From Lepidodermella squamata (taxonomy: Eukaryota > Animalia > Gastrotricha), in NCBI GenBank assembly GCA_047495785.1, contig JBLDXI010000042.1:1550001-1614000 (forward strand): a DNA stretch of 64,000 nucleotides, read 5' to 3'. Positions within the stretch are counted from its first letter, which is position 1. Every line of letters begins with the position of its first letter. Both the position numbers and the translations under genes were made by a program. The notes beneath the pieces were generated by a model. The model worked only from the letters and a program-made list of their open reading frames with translations, had not been told where the DNA came from and did not search any database. This document shows, one piece after another, positions 1-13,313 of this stretch.

Positions 1-429
1 AGAGAACGAGTTGTGTATTTTTACTCTAAATTTGCGACCAGTTAGAAATGAAGAAATCCAGCTAAGCAGACATCGATGATTTTGCGCTATAAGGAGCCAA
101 TGAAAAAATTCCTATCCAGAGTACTACGCACTATAAATAGTACTACGCACACATGTAGTAAGATATAGCCCATTGTATTCTGTGTGGAAAAAATATATGT
201 ACTGGACGAATAATGACCAACAAATATCTTCGATACTGCGGTCATTCTGAGGTGTCTGCGCTGGGAATTCCGAGATAATCATGGAGGAAACGTTTCAGAA
301 ACTCCTGGACTGAATCGTTCTTAGACAGCTCGAGTAAAACACAGTTCATACTCTCAACAATAAGCTTGTTTTAATAATTTTGAAACGCTTTCAAGTAGTC
401 ATATCCATCCAAGTTTCGAGGGCGTAATG

Positions 430-2325
430 TCACGGCGGAGGTTTAGCGTCAATGCTGCAAGCAGTAGGTTTGTCTGCGTCTTCTTCGTAAGCCATTATGA
501 CTGAGCGATAAGCTTCTGGAATGGTGCCTTTGTTGACCATTTCGATGAGATCCTTCTTAAGACTGGAATCGATCGGCAATCGCTTTTCGTATTTTTGAAC
601 AAGTTGGAAAGGAAACAAAATGACGTCTTTGTTGTAGCGCTTGGCGACGAAAGTATGAAAAGCCAAGTCGAAAGTTTTCTTGGTTTGGAGATAATTAGGG
701 TAGTCTTTCTCGTATCTGATCCAACATGGCTCCGACCATTTAACATCATTTTTCTGTTCGTCTTGCAAATACTGAGCGAACTTTGGTGACTTGTCAAAGC
801 TGAAGAAGCTTGCAAATTGCATTTCAGTTATGCTGTATGGTTTCACTTTCAAGCGGTTTGGTGTTTCCTCGCCGTACACTTCGAGTCTCAGATCAGCATC
901 AATCGGAGCCTTCCGCGACGCGGCCACGATTTCTCTCCATTCATTTGAATAGCTGATGTTGACTCGTTTCTTAGCTTCCCTTTCAATAGTGGCATGCACG
1001 GAATCACATTCCATTTGCGAGTGGCCCGGCTCGAAAAACTTGTGATCGATGACTTTGAGATTACCTTTGGAATTGGACAAGGCTGCGAATAAAGCGTTGA
1101 CAATGTACTGAGATTTGTTTTGGCTTCCAGTGCTGTCGCTCCATAGAATCAACTGCTCAACTTCGTCAGGAATCATTTCAGTGATGAATTTATAGAGACA
1201 TGAACCGACTTCATCCGTCCCACGACCCCCTTCTGTTTGATCCCACATGAAACAGTAGACATCTTTTGATGAAGTATCGTAGAAAGTCAGGTTTGAGGTG
1301 TGGAACTTTTTTTTGTACATTATCGAGCAGCAAGGGCTTTCGAGGATTGACTGCATATCAAACTGGATGCACAAGATCAATCCTTTCGACTGTTTTGCTA
1401 GAATTTTGTCAGCATTCTTGGCATCTCTTGCAGCGTCTCTGTTGGATTCGTGGTTCCGTTTCTCCACGATCACTTCATGGGTGAACAGTTCATCCGGCAA
1501 AGTCGCAAATCGTGTGCATTTCTTGCAGGTGTCCTTCTTGGGATGACTGAAAGCGAGATTGGGAAAAGATCTCTTGAATATGGATCGGTAAGTAGCGTAT
1601 TTGACGGGTTTCTCATCAGTACGCAGAGCCCAGTTTTGGTGTGCTATGCAGTACATTCGATGCATTTCCTTCAGATTGAGCGCGGACCCGAGATATTGCT
1701 TGCTAGTTTGACTTCTCGCATAATGACTGTCTAATCGCTCGAAAGAAGTGATGTGCTGATAAACAAATTTGTAAGAATTATCGCTGGTGGTATTCGGCGG
1801 CTTATGGCGACCGCGTTGATCTGGTATGATGTAGAAGCCGTCTTCGACTTTTTTCTCAACAGTTGTGTTTATAAAAGCGCGAGTTTCATCGAGCGCCTTC
1901 AGAAAGAAAGACCTGCATACTTCGATTGAGTCCCTAGATTGTGAAGGCGAAGGGGTTGCCAAGTAGTTGCCTGGTAAGTAATAATCAAATCTTCGAGGAC
2001 CATTCTCTCGTTTCTGTTTATAACTGACGTAACGGTTGATGAATGCTCGTCTAGCGTCGATAGATGCTCGGGACCAGTAAGTGTTAAAGCATTGTTTGAC
2101 TGAATTTTCATTGAATTTCAAGGAGCATTTACGCCAGCAACCACACTTGAAGTAAACAGGCTTACGACCGGAATTTAACTTAGCGCTAACCCCTTTATCT
2201 GACTGACGGTAGGGTTTCCCAGAGTTGCGCTTGCGTTTTCTTTCCATCGCTTGTTTGGATGGGCGGTGTCTAGAATCCACTATCCTCGGAGGAAACTGTT
2301 TCAGCCAATGGTCGTTATCAGTCAT
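430..2325 (-). mobile_element. Intact DNA-transposon transposase ORF (631 aa), Sola-like DDD type
   Basis: Single uninterrupted ORF. Motifs: CGC..KC, VCRSFFL, RGRH, SHYAR..S..YL, PKKDTCKKC, QFDMQ, WSDSTGSQNKS, FFEPGHSQMECDSVHATIER (candidate D/D/D triad). TIRs not located; one end may lie outside the window. Confidence 0.8.
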
Positions 2326-2823
2326 CAGCTCAAATCGTTGTTAAAAATGAAACGTTGAATGCTTTAGTCCTAAATGACAAGCGTCATAAATTAAAATGTC
2401 AAGGATAGAAAACAGGGAGTTGTCGAAAGCCGAATTGCCAATCTGAGAAGTTCTGTTCTTGACCTAAGGCTGTATGACCTCAGATTTACAGCTACCGATG
2501 AAGGATTGCCCAACTGAGTAAAGATGGAAGTTAAAGTGGCCAGTAATCGGGAGTTTTAAATATCATAACAAAGCGATAGGTTCACTTTGTATATTGCTGT
2601 GAAAGGTATTTATCAGCCAAAACATAAACCAGAAATTCCAATAAATCGCGTTAGTTTTAACTGCAGCAGAAACTTGGGATGGGGTTATCCCAGTCGTATA
2701 AAAGCTGACCCTAGCACGTGAGTAGCATGTGATCGAACGGCCTAGGCATCTCAAAATCACCGTGTTCAATCCCAATAACCGCAACATCAATCATCCATGC
2801 ATTGAATGCGGCGTTTATCAAGC

Positions 2824-2859
2824 TGACAGGAAGGGTTGACAGGAAGGGTTGACAGGAAG
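2824..2859. repeat. 13-bp tandem repeat (TGACAGGAAGGGT) x~3
   Basis: Read directly from the sequence. Confidence 0.8.
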
Positions 2860-3868
2860 CGTGAAACCGCCAAGCAAATCCTCCCTTCTTGAATGGGCCG
2901 CCATTCACCGGTAATATATGGTAAAGATATTCCTACTCAGCGGCCAAAGCAATCATGGGAATAGTCGGCTCCTAAGCATTGTGAAGATGGCATGCGTCTG
3001 ATACCAAATGCTAAATTTTAAAAGGCAATAAAGAGTACTTCTGGTTAGATCTAATTAAGAGACTGTTTCGATTGTTCGTAAGGCTTCGACCTTCGACCGT
3101 TAGTAGATTGTAGGATTCACGCACGATCGATAAGTCTATAGTTTCCGTCTAAGTAGCTGTCAAGTTCTAGGTGGAGTTTGAGCCCCAAACCGACAAACTT
3201 GGCTTTCTATCTTTGATCAGAAGTTGTGTTGTGTTTTGGAGGTGGTTGTTTGAGGAAAAGGGCGATAGTTTCAAATTATCCAGGGGCCCAAACCACATTA
3301 TCAGCTTGATAAACGCCACAACAACGAAATAATGGAATATTTTCCTAACAGAGTAGCCAGCAGCCACTTTCGGAATCTCAGCCGAAACAACCTTTCTACC
3401 CTATTTTTGCTGAAACCTCAAAACAGGAGTTTAACTTTGTGGTAAGCTCAGATTTCACTAAACTCCTAAAGAATCTGATAAGAAGCCTCTATCAATATAT
3501 CGGAGATTCTAATCATTCTAGAAGAAAATTTTGCTGCGATTTTAAATGGACAACTATGGAAAACATTCCTACTCCGTCGAATGAACAGACCAGGTCAGAA
3601 TTACTAAAATCGTGGGTAATTTAAAGCACATGCTTTCAATGTCCTACTTTCAGCAAAAATGATGCGGGAGATCTAAGAAAGAATGATGATAAAAATGAAA
3701 AAACAAGAGAACAAAATGCGCAAATATACCATGTTACTGCGGAAGAATCGATCGCTCTCGTCTGAGTGCATTCTCTTGTGCATGCACCAAAATGCTATTA
3801 GCCCTGTGTATAACCATATACTCGCATATACTCCGCACAGTTTTTATGGGCGTATATCAGAATGCAGC

Positions 3869-5200
3869 CTATCGGTCTGTTTTAGCGAAAAACCATCGAC
3901 ATCGATTAACATTAAAAGTTTCCAAGACATTCATTAGTTTAGAGTGTGGCACAGTGTCGAAGGCTTTTGATAGGTCGAAATATATACAATGTAGCGACAT
4001 TCCTTTGTCCATTAGTTCACACCACTTATTAAGACAATCTAGTAGTTGGGTCTCGCATGACTTCTCAGAAATAAATCCGAATTGTTCATAAGATAATATT
4101 TTGTTTTCAAGTAAAACTCTGATCCATTGCTTCCTAATGATTGTTTCCATAACACGGCAAGGCAAGCAAGTAATACTGACCGGTCTGTAATTATTCACCA
4201 GATTAGGAGAGCCCTTTTTGAATATAGGCGACACATTGGCTAATTTCCATAGAGAAGGTATAGAACCTGATGAGTAGCTGGAGTTAAATATTATCGACAA
4301 AGGTATAGCTATAGCATTAATAGTTTTGCTAACGAAGAAAGGATTAACAAGATCAGGGCCAGCTGGCGAGTTGATTTTTATGTCTTTAAGGGTTTCAATA
4401 ATTAGTGAATCAGAAAAATGTATATTATCAACAGGACACGTCTTATTTTGCACATATAATTGAGATTTATCATCAACAGTGAAGTGAGATTTAAAGAATT
4501 CGGCAAATAGTTCGGCTTTTTCTATATGATTAGATATCGTTTTACCATCCACTAGCATTGATGGTATTCGAGATTTAAATTTCAAATGGCTGTTAACGTA
4601 TTTGCAAAGTTTTTTCATGTTATTACTATTAGCAAGCTGAGTCTCGTATGATTCACGGAGTGAGTTATTAAGGGCAATAGTTTTTCTAGAGATTTTACAA
4701 TACTTATTGAGATCGATATTCCTTCGTCCACAGCGAATGTATTTTGACCAGACTCGGTCACGCTTTCTCACCAGTCTATGCAATTCGCGATTACACCAAG
4801 GTAGCCTAAATTTGGTTTTCACAAGTTTTTTTGCGATAAATTTGTCACAAACATCTTTATAAATGGACAGAAAAAGCATATATTGCTCACGGTGCTGTCA
4901 GCGCCAGGAGATTTATACACGCAGCACAAACGAAGCTTTGTTTTGTTGATTAGGACATCACAAATGACAATCTCACACCATCCGTTTATAGAGGTATTGG
5001 CAATAAGAATAGATTCGAGCGATTTATGAACTAACAGCATAGACCCTCCATGCCCTCTGTCTGAGCGGTTAGCTCTGTGAACACTATAGCCATTATTTTC
5101 AAAGAAAGAGGTATTAACATCTTCATCGTGCCAGGTTTCAGTCACGAAAGCAAACATGATATTTAGAGTAATAAGATCTAGGAGTAGTTTCGATATTATC
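3869..5200 (-). mobile_element. Truncated non-LTR retrotransposon (LINE, CR1/L2/Jockey-like) ORF2 fragment
   Basis: APE endonuclease motifs FVTETW, GGSMLLV, CVYKSP (~4880-5200). After a frame break or deletion come LPWCN, PGPD-like AGPD, NYRPVSITC, QFGF and IYFDLSKAFDTVPH. The RT ends before YADD. Confidence 0.9.
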
Positions 5201-5256
5201 CCGTCTGCGCGACTTATTTTGCGCGACCCAGAGTAAACTTGATTTTGCGCGACACG

Positions 5257-5391
5257 CAACAGTACCAGCAATTTGTCGAAGAAGTCAAAGAAGACTGTGC
5301 CGACAACGCTAATCATACGCTCGATAATCACATTGTCGGCGTTGTCGGCACAGTCTTCTTTGACTTCTTCGACAAATTGCTGGTACTGTTG
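5257..5391. repeat. Perfect 53-bp inverted repeat with 29-bp spacer
   Basis: 5257-5309 is the exact reverse complement of 5339-5391. The peptide QQYQQFVEEVKEDCADNA therefore appears in ORFs on both strands. Confidence 0.95.
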
Positions 5392-5643
5392 AGTGACCAG
5401 CAATATTTCATCCTTCCGCTCAGTCTCGATCGAGACCAAATCGCCGAGCATAGAAGCTATCGAGAAACCAAGTTTCTTGGTTAATTCACTTATTTCATCG
5501 CTTTCGGCCATCTGCAGAAGTTTGATTCGCAAGGTGTTGCTAGCCATTTGTCAGGTTGCAATCAATCAGTTATTTTTATAAAACGTCTCCTATCTCAGAA
5601 AATTTAATATTCAATCGCAGATCGAACAACACTGAATTATATT

Positions 5644-5690
5644 TATAAATTATAAATTATAAATTATAAATTATAAATTATAAATTATAT
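5644..5690. repeat. (TATAAAT)n 7-bp tandem repeat
   Basis: About 6-7 copies visible. Confidence 0.85.
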
Positions 5691-5756
5691 TTATAATTGA
5701 AAGTTTCAAATTTTCCATAATTTTCCATAATTATCCTTTACTCTTTCCGTCATCAA

Positions 5757-8700
5757 TCAGCTTACCATATCACATTTTTGCCCATACCAGCCCTGGGCAC
5801 ACGTGCAAGTATTCGGTCCTGAGCATGTTCCACCATTGAGGCAATGATTGATGCAGGTTGCTGTGGGAAATTATGGGTAGATTTAAAGCGCTGGGATGGA
5901 CAATCATTGGAACTCACGTTTGCTGCAAATCGCATCACCACTCCAGCCAGAGGCACAGCTGCACGTGTTCGGCGCCGAGCAAGTGCCTCCATTACGGCAA
6001 GGCATGTTACAAATAGCTAGGAAATTGATCATAGTAAATAATAACCAATAATAATCATATTGATATTTCTGAAAAGTGCTCCAAAAGTTCCAAAGTTCGA
6101 AATGTTCCAGAATTTTAATAAGGATTTCTAATTGCGAGAGAAAACATTTCGGACTATGGATTCAATTGGAAATGCTTGGAAATGAACCGCCCTAACTTGA
6201 AAGAGCGAACGAACTAGGCCGTAAGAGACTTAAACTTACGCGTGCTACAATCATAGCCGGTCCATCCACCTGAGCAAGTGCAGACATTCGGACCCGAGCA
6301 GTAGCCGCTGTTTAGGCACTGCTGCTTGCATGTCACTGCGCTCAGATTTTCCTATTCAGATAGGATTCAACTTATAAACTCAAGTTTGCTACAAATCGCC
6401 TCGCTTGACCAGCCCTTCGAATTTGGAACTCACCTCTTGAACGCATAGACCTAGTTCTGGATTCCAATGAGCTGAACGATTGCAGACAGCTGCGAACGAG
6501 CCATTCGTGATTTCAAACCCTCGGTCGCACCTAATCAAGACCATTGAACCAGGCGGCAACGCCTCATTAGCGCGCAATTTCCTGCCTGTTCCATCGCTTA
6601 TTGCCCCGTTCGAAATAGTAGGTAATTTGCAGTAGTCTAAAGAGGGAAAAAATTGTTTCCGCATATAGTGAGAGCAATGATTTCCAGACCTTTTTGATCG
6701 ATAGCAACACATCGCCCTGTTTCGGACCACAAGTTTTCGTCAACACATGAGATAGCATTAGGCCCAACAAGGTGATAAGAAGGCTTGCAGTGAATCTTTA
6801 AACTGGTACCAACAGATACCGGATATTCAACAGCTTCAGAAAAGTCCGCGTCGGACGGGAGGTTAGGCGGGTATAGACATGCTATGACGATAAAACAGCA
6901 GCAAATGAGTTGAATGATTTCAGGTTCTATATTCATACTTTTCCCAACACATTCGCCCTGCGCCAGCCAAGTTCCATTAGCGAGGCAAGTTATTGCAGGA
7001 CTTCCTCTGAGGCTGTGACCCGCCATGCAATCAAAGAGAAGCGTACTTCCAACAGTCTCCTGACCCGTGGGTTCTGTTATTGCCCTAGCATTGTCGATTG
7101 AAGGAGGTGGAAATTCACAGACTGGAATGAAAGATTAACGGGTATAAGGTTGATGAAACTTGGTCAACTCTTACCCTTAGCACAGTGGCCGTTTGTGACC
7201 CAGGAATTCTTCACTTTGTCGTAAGTGATCTCACCAGTCCCCACAAGAGCGTAATCCCACTCGCCAACTACCTTGCCGGTGCATGTTTCTTCCAAGAACT
7301 CGATCTCTCCGTGTTCAACAGATTTCGGCATAGTTCTAAGAGCTGATAACATAGTTTAAAAACAATCAGTAGATTCCAAACATAATTAAATTTGGAAAGT
7401 TTCGATAGTATTTTCGATAGCAAAATTGGAGTTCAGAGTTTGACACGATTTTTTCAAACTTCAAACTTCAAATTTGCTCGAAAATCTACCTTGCGAATAG
7501 CCGTTTTCCGGAATGAGCTTTGTACAAGCAGCAGATTGAAACCGCATGGCACCATCACGGCATCGATTGTACTGCATCAAGACATCAACAACTTTACTTA
7601 GGCCGAGCGTATGAGCGAAAACCAGCGGCGAATCTCCGGTTGAATCAGGGCCGCAAGTTGCGTCGTACTTGCTCAGCAACAGGTCAACCAAACGAGGGCA
7701 GTTTTGAGAGACCGCAATATCCAGCAAGTTTTTCCCTAACTGATTTTTCCTCGCAAGAGCTGTTTCCAAATCTCGGGAACCAAGGCGAGAAAGGAATGAA
7801 TCAATGAAATCAACAAAACTCGGGACGCAATTTACATATGCCAGAATCGCTAAACGACCTTGAGAATTCGGTTTCAGTAGTAGACTAGGGCTGAAATCCA
7901 GCAAAGCTTTGGCTAGGTCGAAATTCCCGGACTCAAGTGTCAATGACATCGGAGTTTCGCCCCTTTTGTTTTGAAATATCGATAGCTTCTCAGCGGCCTT
8001 GTTAGACGAAAGCTTTCTCAAAAGGTTCAGATTGCCTTTTCGAACCACAACATGCAGAGCCGTATCGCCTGTGATCTCGTTTACAATTTGAAGCAAGTCC
8101 GGCTTCGTCCTCAGAAAATAATCCAAGATCTCCGCTCGGTTCAATGCGATCGCTGACAAAAGCGGCGTGCTTCCATCAGAGTCGAATTTATCGAATGAGA
8201 TGTAGGTCCCGAATCCGCTTAAAAATGAAAGATAATCAGCCTCTACAGCAAGATGAGCTGCTGATTGCTTCAGGCTATTCACGGCATTGGTATCAGCGTG
8301 GCGTTTTACGATCAATTCCCGAATTAAATCCAGGCTTTTCTTCTCGGAAACAGCCACCAGAAGAGGAGTCATATCCCTAGGGCCGTTGAAGCCTGGAGAT
8401 GGAATGGATAAAGCATTGATTGGAATCGTTGATTTGCCCAGGACAAGGTCTAGCATTTGAACCGATTTAGCGAGATGCAGAGCAGTATAACCTCGGAAAT
8501 CCGTGCTGTTCAATGAGACTTTTTCATCGGCTAGAGCAGTTGCGATTTTTAAGGCGTTGTTAGCTACAGCGACAAGGAACGGAGTTTTGCCGAGCGAATC
8601 CTTTTCTTCAGCAGTTTCTGGCATGTCGTGTTTTATCCGCCGGACGATACCTAAAAAGTTCCCGGCAGTTGAATGCAAGTTATTCATAAATATAAATATT

Positions 8701-10024
8701 TACATGTTGAAAAGTAGAAATTTAATTTTATTGGGAATAAATTTGTGGAATTGAATTTTTATTCGAAAATTGAATAAATTTGGCTAAAAGTAACTAAAAT
8801 GTAAAATTTTGACATCAATTAACTGCGTCAACATTTTCAAGCAACGGGAAACGGTTCGAAATAATCAAAAAGTTCCAATCTCCCCCGATTTAATACTAAA
8901 TAAATAAAATTACCTTTAATTGCAGTGCCATTGCGACCGTTCTTTTCAGCTTCTTCGTCAGACAACAGAGCCATCGCATGTAAGCAATTGCCGCTATTCG
9001 AATCCCTGACCGATCAATCGATTTTAGCCCGAATCAACTGCATGACGATATCCGCATCGCGCAGGAAGGCAGCTAAATGCAACAACAGCCCAATACCCTT
9101 CGATGTAGACCTCGTCTCTCGATTTTTCAAAGTGAACAAGCATTTCATATAGCTGCTGTTCGCTTTGTTGCCCAACCTTCGAAAGTATTCACTGAGAAAT
9201 CGATCATGGCCATTTCTGACAGCGTAACACAGCGGAGTGTCGCCATTTTCATCAGCTGCCAACGCATCGAATCGCGAGGACGTCAAAGGGTTATCGAGAA
9301 CTTGCAAGTGATTACAGGCAGCGATCAAATGCGACGTCGAAAGCCTATTCGGACGAGGAGACCGAGGAGATAAAGCATCAAATTGGCTGAGAATGTTTGC
9401 CACATCGGTGTTGCCACTCGCTAAAGCGTATTTCAAAGCGAAATCGTCGTTTTGATCAGCGTGAAATAGATCCGCGTTGTTATCCAAAAGTAATTGCGTT
9501 ATGACACCAGCTGATGCAGATTTCGACCTAGCAGCGTAGAATAACGGTGTTTGGCCAATTCGCTGCTGAGCATTGATGATTTCAGCAATCCCCAGCTTCA
9601 AGTTGTTCGCCTGTTTAATGAGCTGTCCAACCACGCCCAGATTGCCATTGGCGCAGGCGAGGTGAATAGGCAACTCGAGATCGTCATTGCTGATCAAAAT
9701 GCTGAAATGCAGTTTGTCCAAAAGGAACGCTGTGACATTGCCGGCTCCGTCTTTTGCGGCTAGATGAAGGGCTGTGTTGTTGTTTGCGAATCGAAGGTCC
9801 TTAAGAGCCGTAACACTTCCAAGCTCCGTTTCAGCCTTCTGCTGTAGTAGATCCACTAAGTCCTTGCCAATCAAAGCTTCGTAAGTCCATGAGGTATGTT
9901 GTAGTTTGCTTTCCCGCTCATTGTCGAATCGCGTTATGTAATCAGGATAATCGTCTTTGTAATCGGTTAGGCTTGCGATAGTATTTGATATCAGAAAAAC
10001 ACAGCAAACCAGCGCTATTCTCAT
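5757..10024 (-). CDS. Multi-exon gene: signal peptide + ~15 ankyrin repeats + 4 Sushi/CCP + 3 EGF; in-frame TGA at 9014-9016 (possible pseudogene or null allele)
   Basis: Starts [17 protein letters not shown]. Ankyrin motifs (TALHLAA, PIHLAC, TPLFYAA, TPLCYAV) in exon 10024-8914. GT-AG intron 8913-8651 joins in phase to exon 8650-7490 (more ankyrins). Sushi exons at ~7342-7175, 7121-6938, 6882-6688, 6636-6434. EGF exons [39 protein letters not shown] and [15 protein letters not shown] down to ~5766. Confidence 0.8.
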
Positions 10025-10958
10025 TCAAATTAATCTGGCAACTAAACAAACACTGGCAAAAATAAAGCATTACAATTCCGTGAAATCAGATGTGAACGAG
10101 TTCAACATTGGCAGTTTTCCGTAAAGGTATCCGGCTGGCAAAGCGAGAAAGCCTCGAAAAGTGGCCGACTCTAGGGCTGGATGCTCTATTACATTTTTAA
10201 ACTAAAACTGAAATTAAACTGAAAATCGTGTTAATGAGCAGCTGTGACGCTATTAAGCGGCGCTATATTGCGAGCGTGTAACAGTTCTATTTCACAATTT
10301 AAGCCATAGACTTGATTTAGAGTGAATTATTTCTACGATGCTTTTACTATTCTTGTGACGTGTGACGTATTAGCTGCTGGCTGGGACAAGCAAGCATCTT
10401 TCCACCTCGAGTATGAATCAAGACAAAAAATCTCGAGCGTTCAATGTACTTCGATGTTAAACTCAATCAGGTCATGCAATTGAGAGTTGAATTATCGCCA
10501 GGAAGTATAACACTCGACTGACTCATTTTTATCCGATGAAAAGTTTTGCTTTTGAGTCTTTACTGTCTTGGATGTTTGGCTTTACTATCAGAGGGGTTTG
10601 AATAAAGCATGGTAAATATGTAGTGTTTATGTAGTGCTGTAAAACCAGCAGCGTTGACAGCTAAATTAGAATCAGAATCAACAAAACGAAAGGAATCGAT
10701 TGCACAAGTGAGACAAGGGATGTTAATCAAATTACAGACTTCCTAACCGGATGTTTTCAATCTATGCGTGGGAATTTCAACAAAGGTTCTGAATAATTTA
10801 ATACTGACGCATTGCATCAATATTATAAAACGAGAAAAAACACGAGTTAAAACCTAATATATAAGAAAATACCTGAACGAAAAAAACACGTAGTAAATGC
10901 GCATACGGGCAAAAGGAAATTCTTACTTGAAAGCTCAGTTTTCTTGTTTAATTTCAAA

Positions 10959-12762
10959 ATGCTTCTCTACTTAGCAATTGTAATCGCTTTCCTTGGGCTG
11001 GGATCTAGACTCGCCACTGCTCAAGATGATCTTGAATGCGGTTCTGCGATTTCCACTGCTGCGGCGGAAGCTAGCGACTCAGCTGGCAGCCAACCAGTGG
11101 AACCAAACGCCTACCCATGGCTAGTATGTTTCGATTGTAAATATTATTAATTCATTTAACAATAACAGAATGTTCATTCAAGGTTTCTCTTGAGATTCAG
11201 AAAAGGGGTGAAACATCAGCCTCGTACTGCGGAGCTTCCCTCATCTCTAAGCAATGGCTGATAACTGCAGCTCAATGCGTTTCGAATGCCATTTCGTGAG
11301 TGCTTTAATAAATTCCCCTACTTATGACGATTCAGTGTTTGTTTGAACAGGATCAAGGCAACGCTAGGTCGCCATAATACCAGTGATCGTTCAAAGGGAG
11401 CCTACTATGAATCTTTCGTATCGCTACCACCTTTGGTGCATCCGCTATACAATAGAAATGAGAATGTATCCGAATTGATTTCGCCCTCTTGCAATTGAAG
11501 AAGCCGCAGTCTAGGTTCTCGCAGCAGATCAAACCGATTTGTTTGCCTGACCATGTGCCGAGCCGATTCAATTGCTGGATGCGAGTCAGTTGTCGCTGTT
11601 GGCTGGGGTCGTTTTGAACATGTTGTAATCTAACATCATATACATAACAGTCCCCAAGCGTTCAGACCAAGGGGCCCGTGATTCGTAGGGATTTTAAAGA
11701 TAGGACATACTACATTATGAGACAGGAAGAATTGGTTGAAAGAATGCAAGTTTGTCAGTGTGAAAATTCAGGGGAGGCCATGGGGACCATTTTTTTAACG
11801 TAACTGTGGGACATTCAGTTTATTTCCGCGAGAACCGTACATGATAGCTGATAAAACTCTGCATATCCGAAATCTGCGCACTTGTTTACATCTCAGGCTA
11901 GCGAATTCCAAAGTGATCGCATCGAGCGATCAGTGTGCGAAGTAGGATCCGGGAGCTGAGGTGTTTTCTACTTGTTCTCTTGTTAGCAGCCGAAGAAACC
12001 AAAGGGTCCCCCCTGTGGTTTATTCAGCCTTCCTCTTATTGGAGTCCCGGAGCTGAAGTGTTGCGACACCCCAGCACCCCCGTACTTCACACCCTGCGAC
12101 CGATCAATTGTTGATTATCGATTATCGATTTTCAGCCCATCGATTAATGATCGAAGTGATTATGTGGTGGCATTTGAAATCAGCATACCCTGATTACATT
12201 TATTAGTTCTCTGCCGTGAAAAAAACATGCGATTATCGATTATCAATTATCGATTATTGGTGCCAAAAATCAATCACTGCCTAGGCTATGGAAAACCGGT
12301 CGTTCTAATGACGCCCGTCCCATCATGAATAGCTGAGAAAAAAATACAAGGAAAACTATCACCGTTAATGAGAAAATAGGTTTCGAATTTCAGGTTTAAA
12401 TTTGACATAAACGCGGACTGAACCATATATCCGTCGCACAAAGCTACACAAAGCCCTATTTCTATTTTTGTATTTCAGCCCAACCGAGATCTGAGATCCC
12501 GAGAAAACTTAATCTGCAGGTTCAGTCGTACGCAAATTGTTCGCAGGAGTATCCCCGCGACTCGAAGATGTGTTTCGCCGCCGATGATAGTGGCGTTTGC
12601 TTCGGCGATTCTGGGAGTCCACTCATGTGTTCGAAATCAAATAGGACTTACCTACTCGGTATAAATTCGAATATTGGTGATTCGTGCACGACAGAAATGC
12701 CTGGCATCTACAGCAGGGTCTGCAAGATTCTGGATTGGATTTCGAACAACACAGATTTCTAG
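10959..12762 (+). pseudogene. Trypsin-like serine protease homolog, degenerate copy A
   Basis: Signal peptide, YPWL, CGASLISKQWLITAAQC, GDSGSP. Relative to the 32.4-kb paralog it has a 1-nt deletion (~11474) that leads to TGA, an 8-nt deletion (~11552), an altered donor, MITEs in an intron and no Sushi tail. Confidence 0.8.
11931..12096. mobile_element. hAT-type MITE
   Basis: TIR CAGTGTGCGAAGTA / TACTTCACACCCTG. 8-bp flanks CGAGCGAT / CGACCGAT (7/8 TSD). Related termini occur at ~30950 and ~60747. Confidence 0.7.
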
Positions 12763-13313
12763 ATTGTTAATTTTGAGAAGTTGTGGAGCATGTTTTAGTA
12801 AGAAATTTTCAAAATTTTCTCGCTTCGCTCGGTTATATAAGTCAAAATGACCAGTCATTTTGGCAAATACAGCAAAAAAATTGTTTCCATCCCCGGCAGC
12901 TCCGGGATCGAAGATCGCACCCTGCTCAAGTACCCTATGATTTTGCGTCAGGTACTTTCAGCCTATATAGTCACTATATAAATTGAAAAAATCCAAATTG
13001 CACACCTCGGTTACCTATTTTTAGATTACCAGTTTCAAAACCGTAGTTGAGGGGAACTCCCAAACCCCTACACCAAAAGCACCGAAACCCCCAATGCCGA
13101 TGTTATTTTATTTCAATCGACATCAATAAGATCAATCAATAAGATAATCGACATTCACAGCAATTTACGTTCCTCTCCGGTTAATCAATCATCAAAATTC
13201 GAAATAATCGTCACCAGCTGAACCATCCAGGCAGGCAACCTATTATGAATTGACATAAATTTTTCAGCGAAATAAGAGAGCCGTTAAGCGAACAATTACC
13301 TCGGCTTTAGCAG

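Noticed and set aside
4819-5547. 242-aa ORF as a genuine gene
   Set aside because: Chimera of palindrome-derived sequence and a LINE endonuclease fragment.
9940-9966. DYKDDYPDY resembles FLAG/HA epitope tags (vector contamination?)
   Set aside because: Not the exact tags, embedded in a native exon, and the paralog has diverged to DNYDDYPYY.
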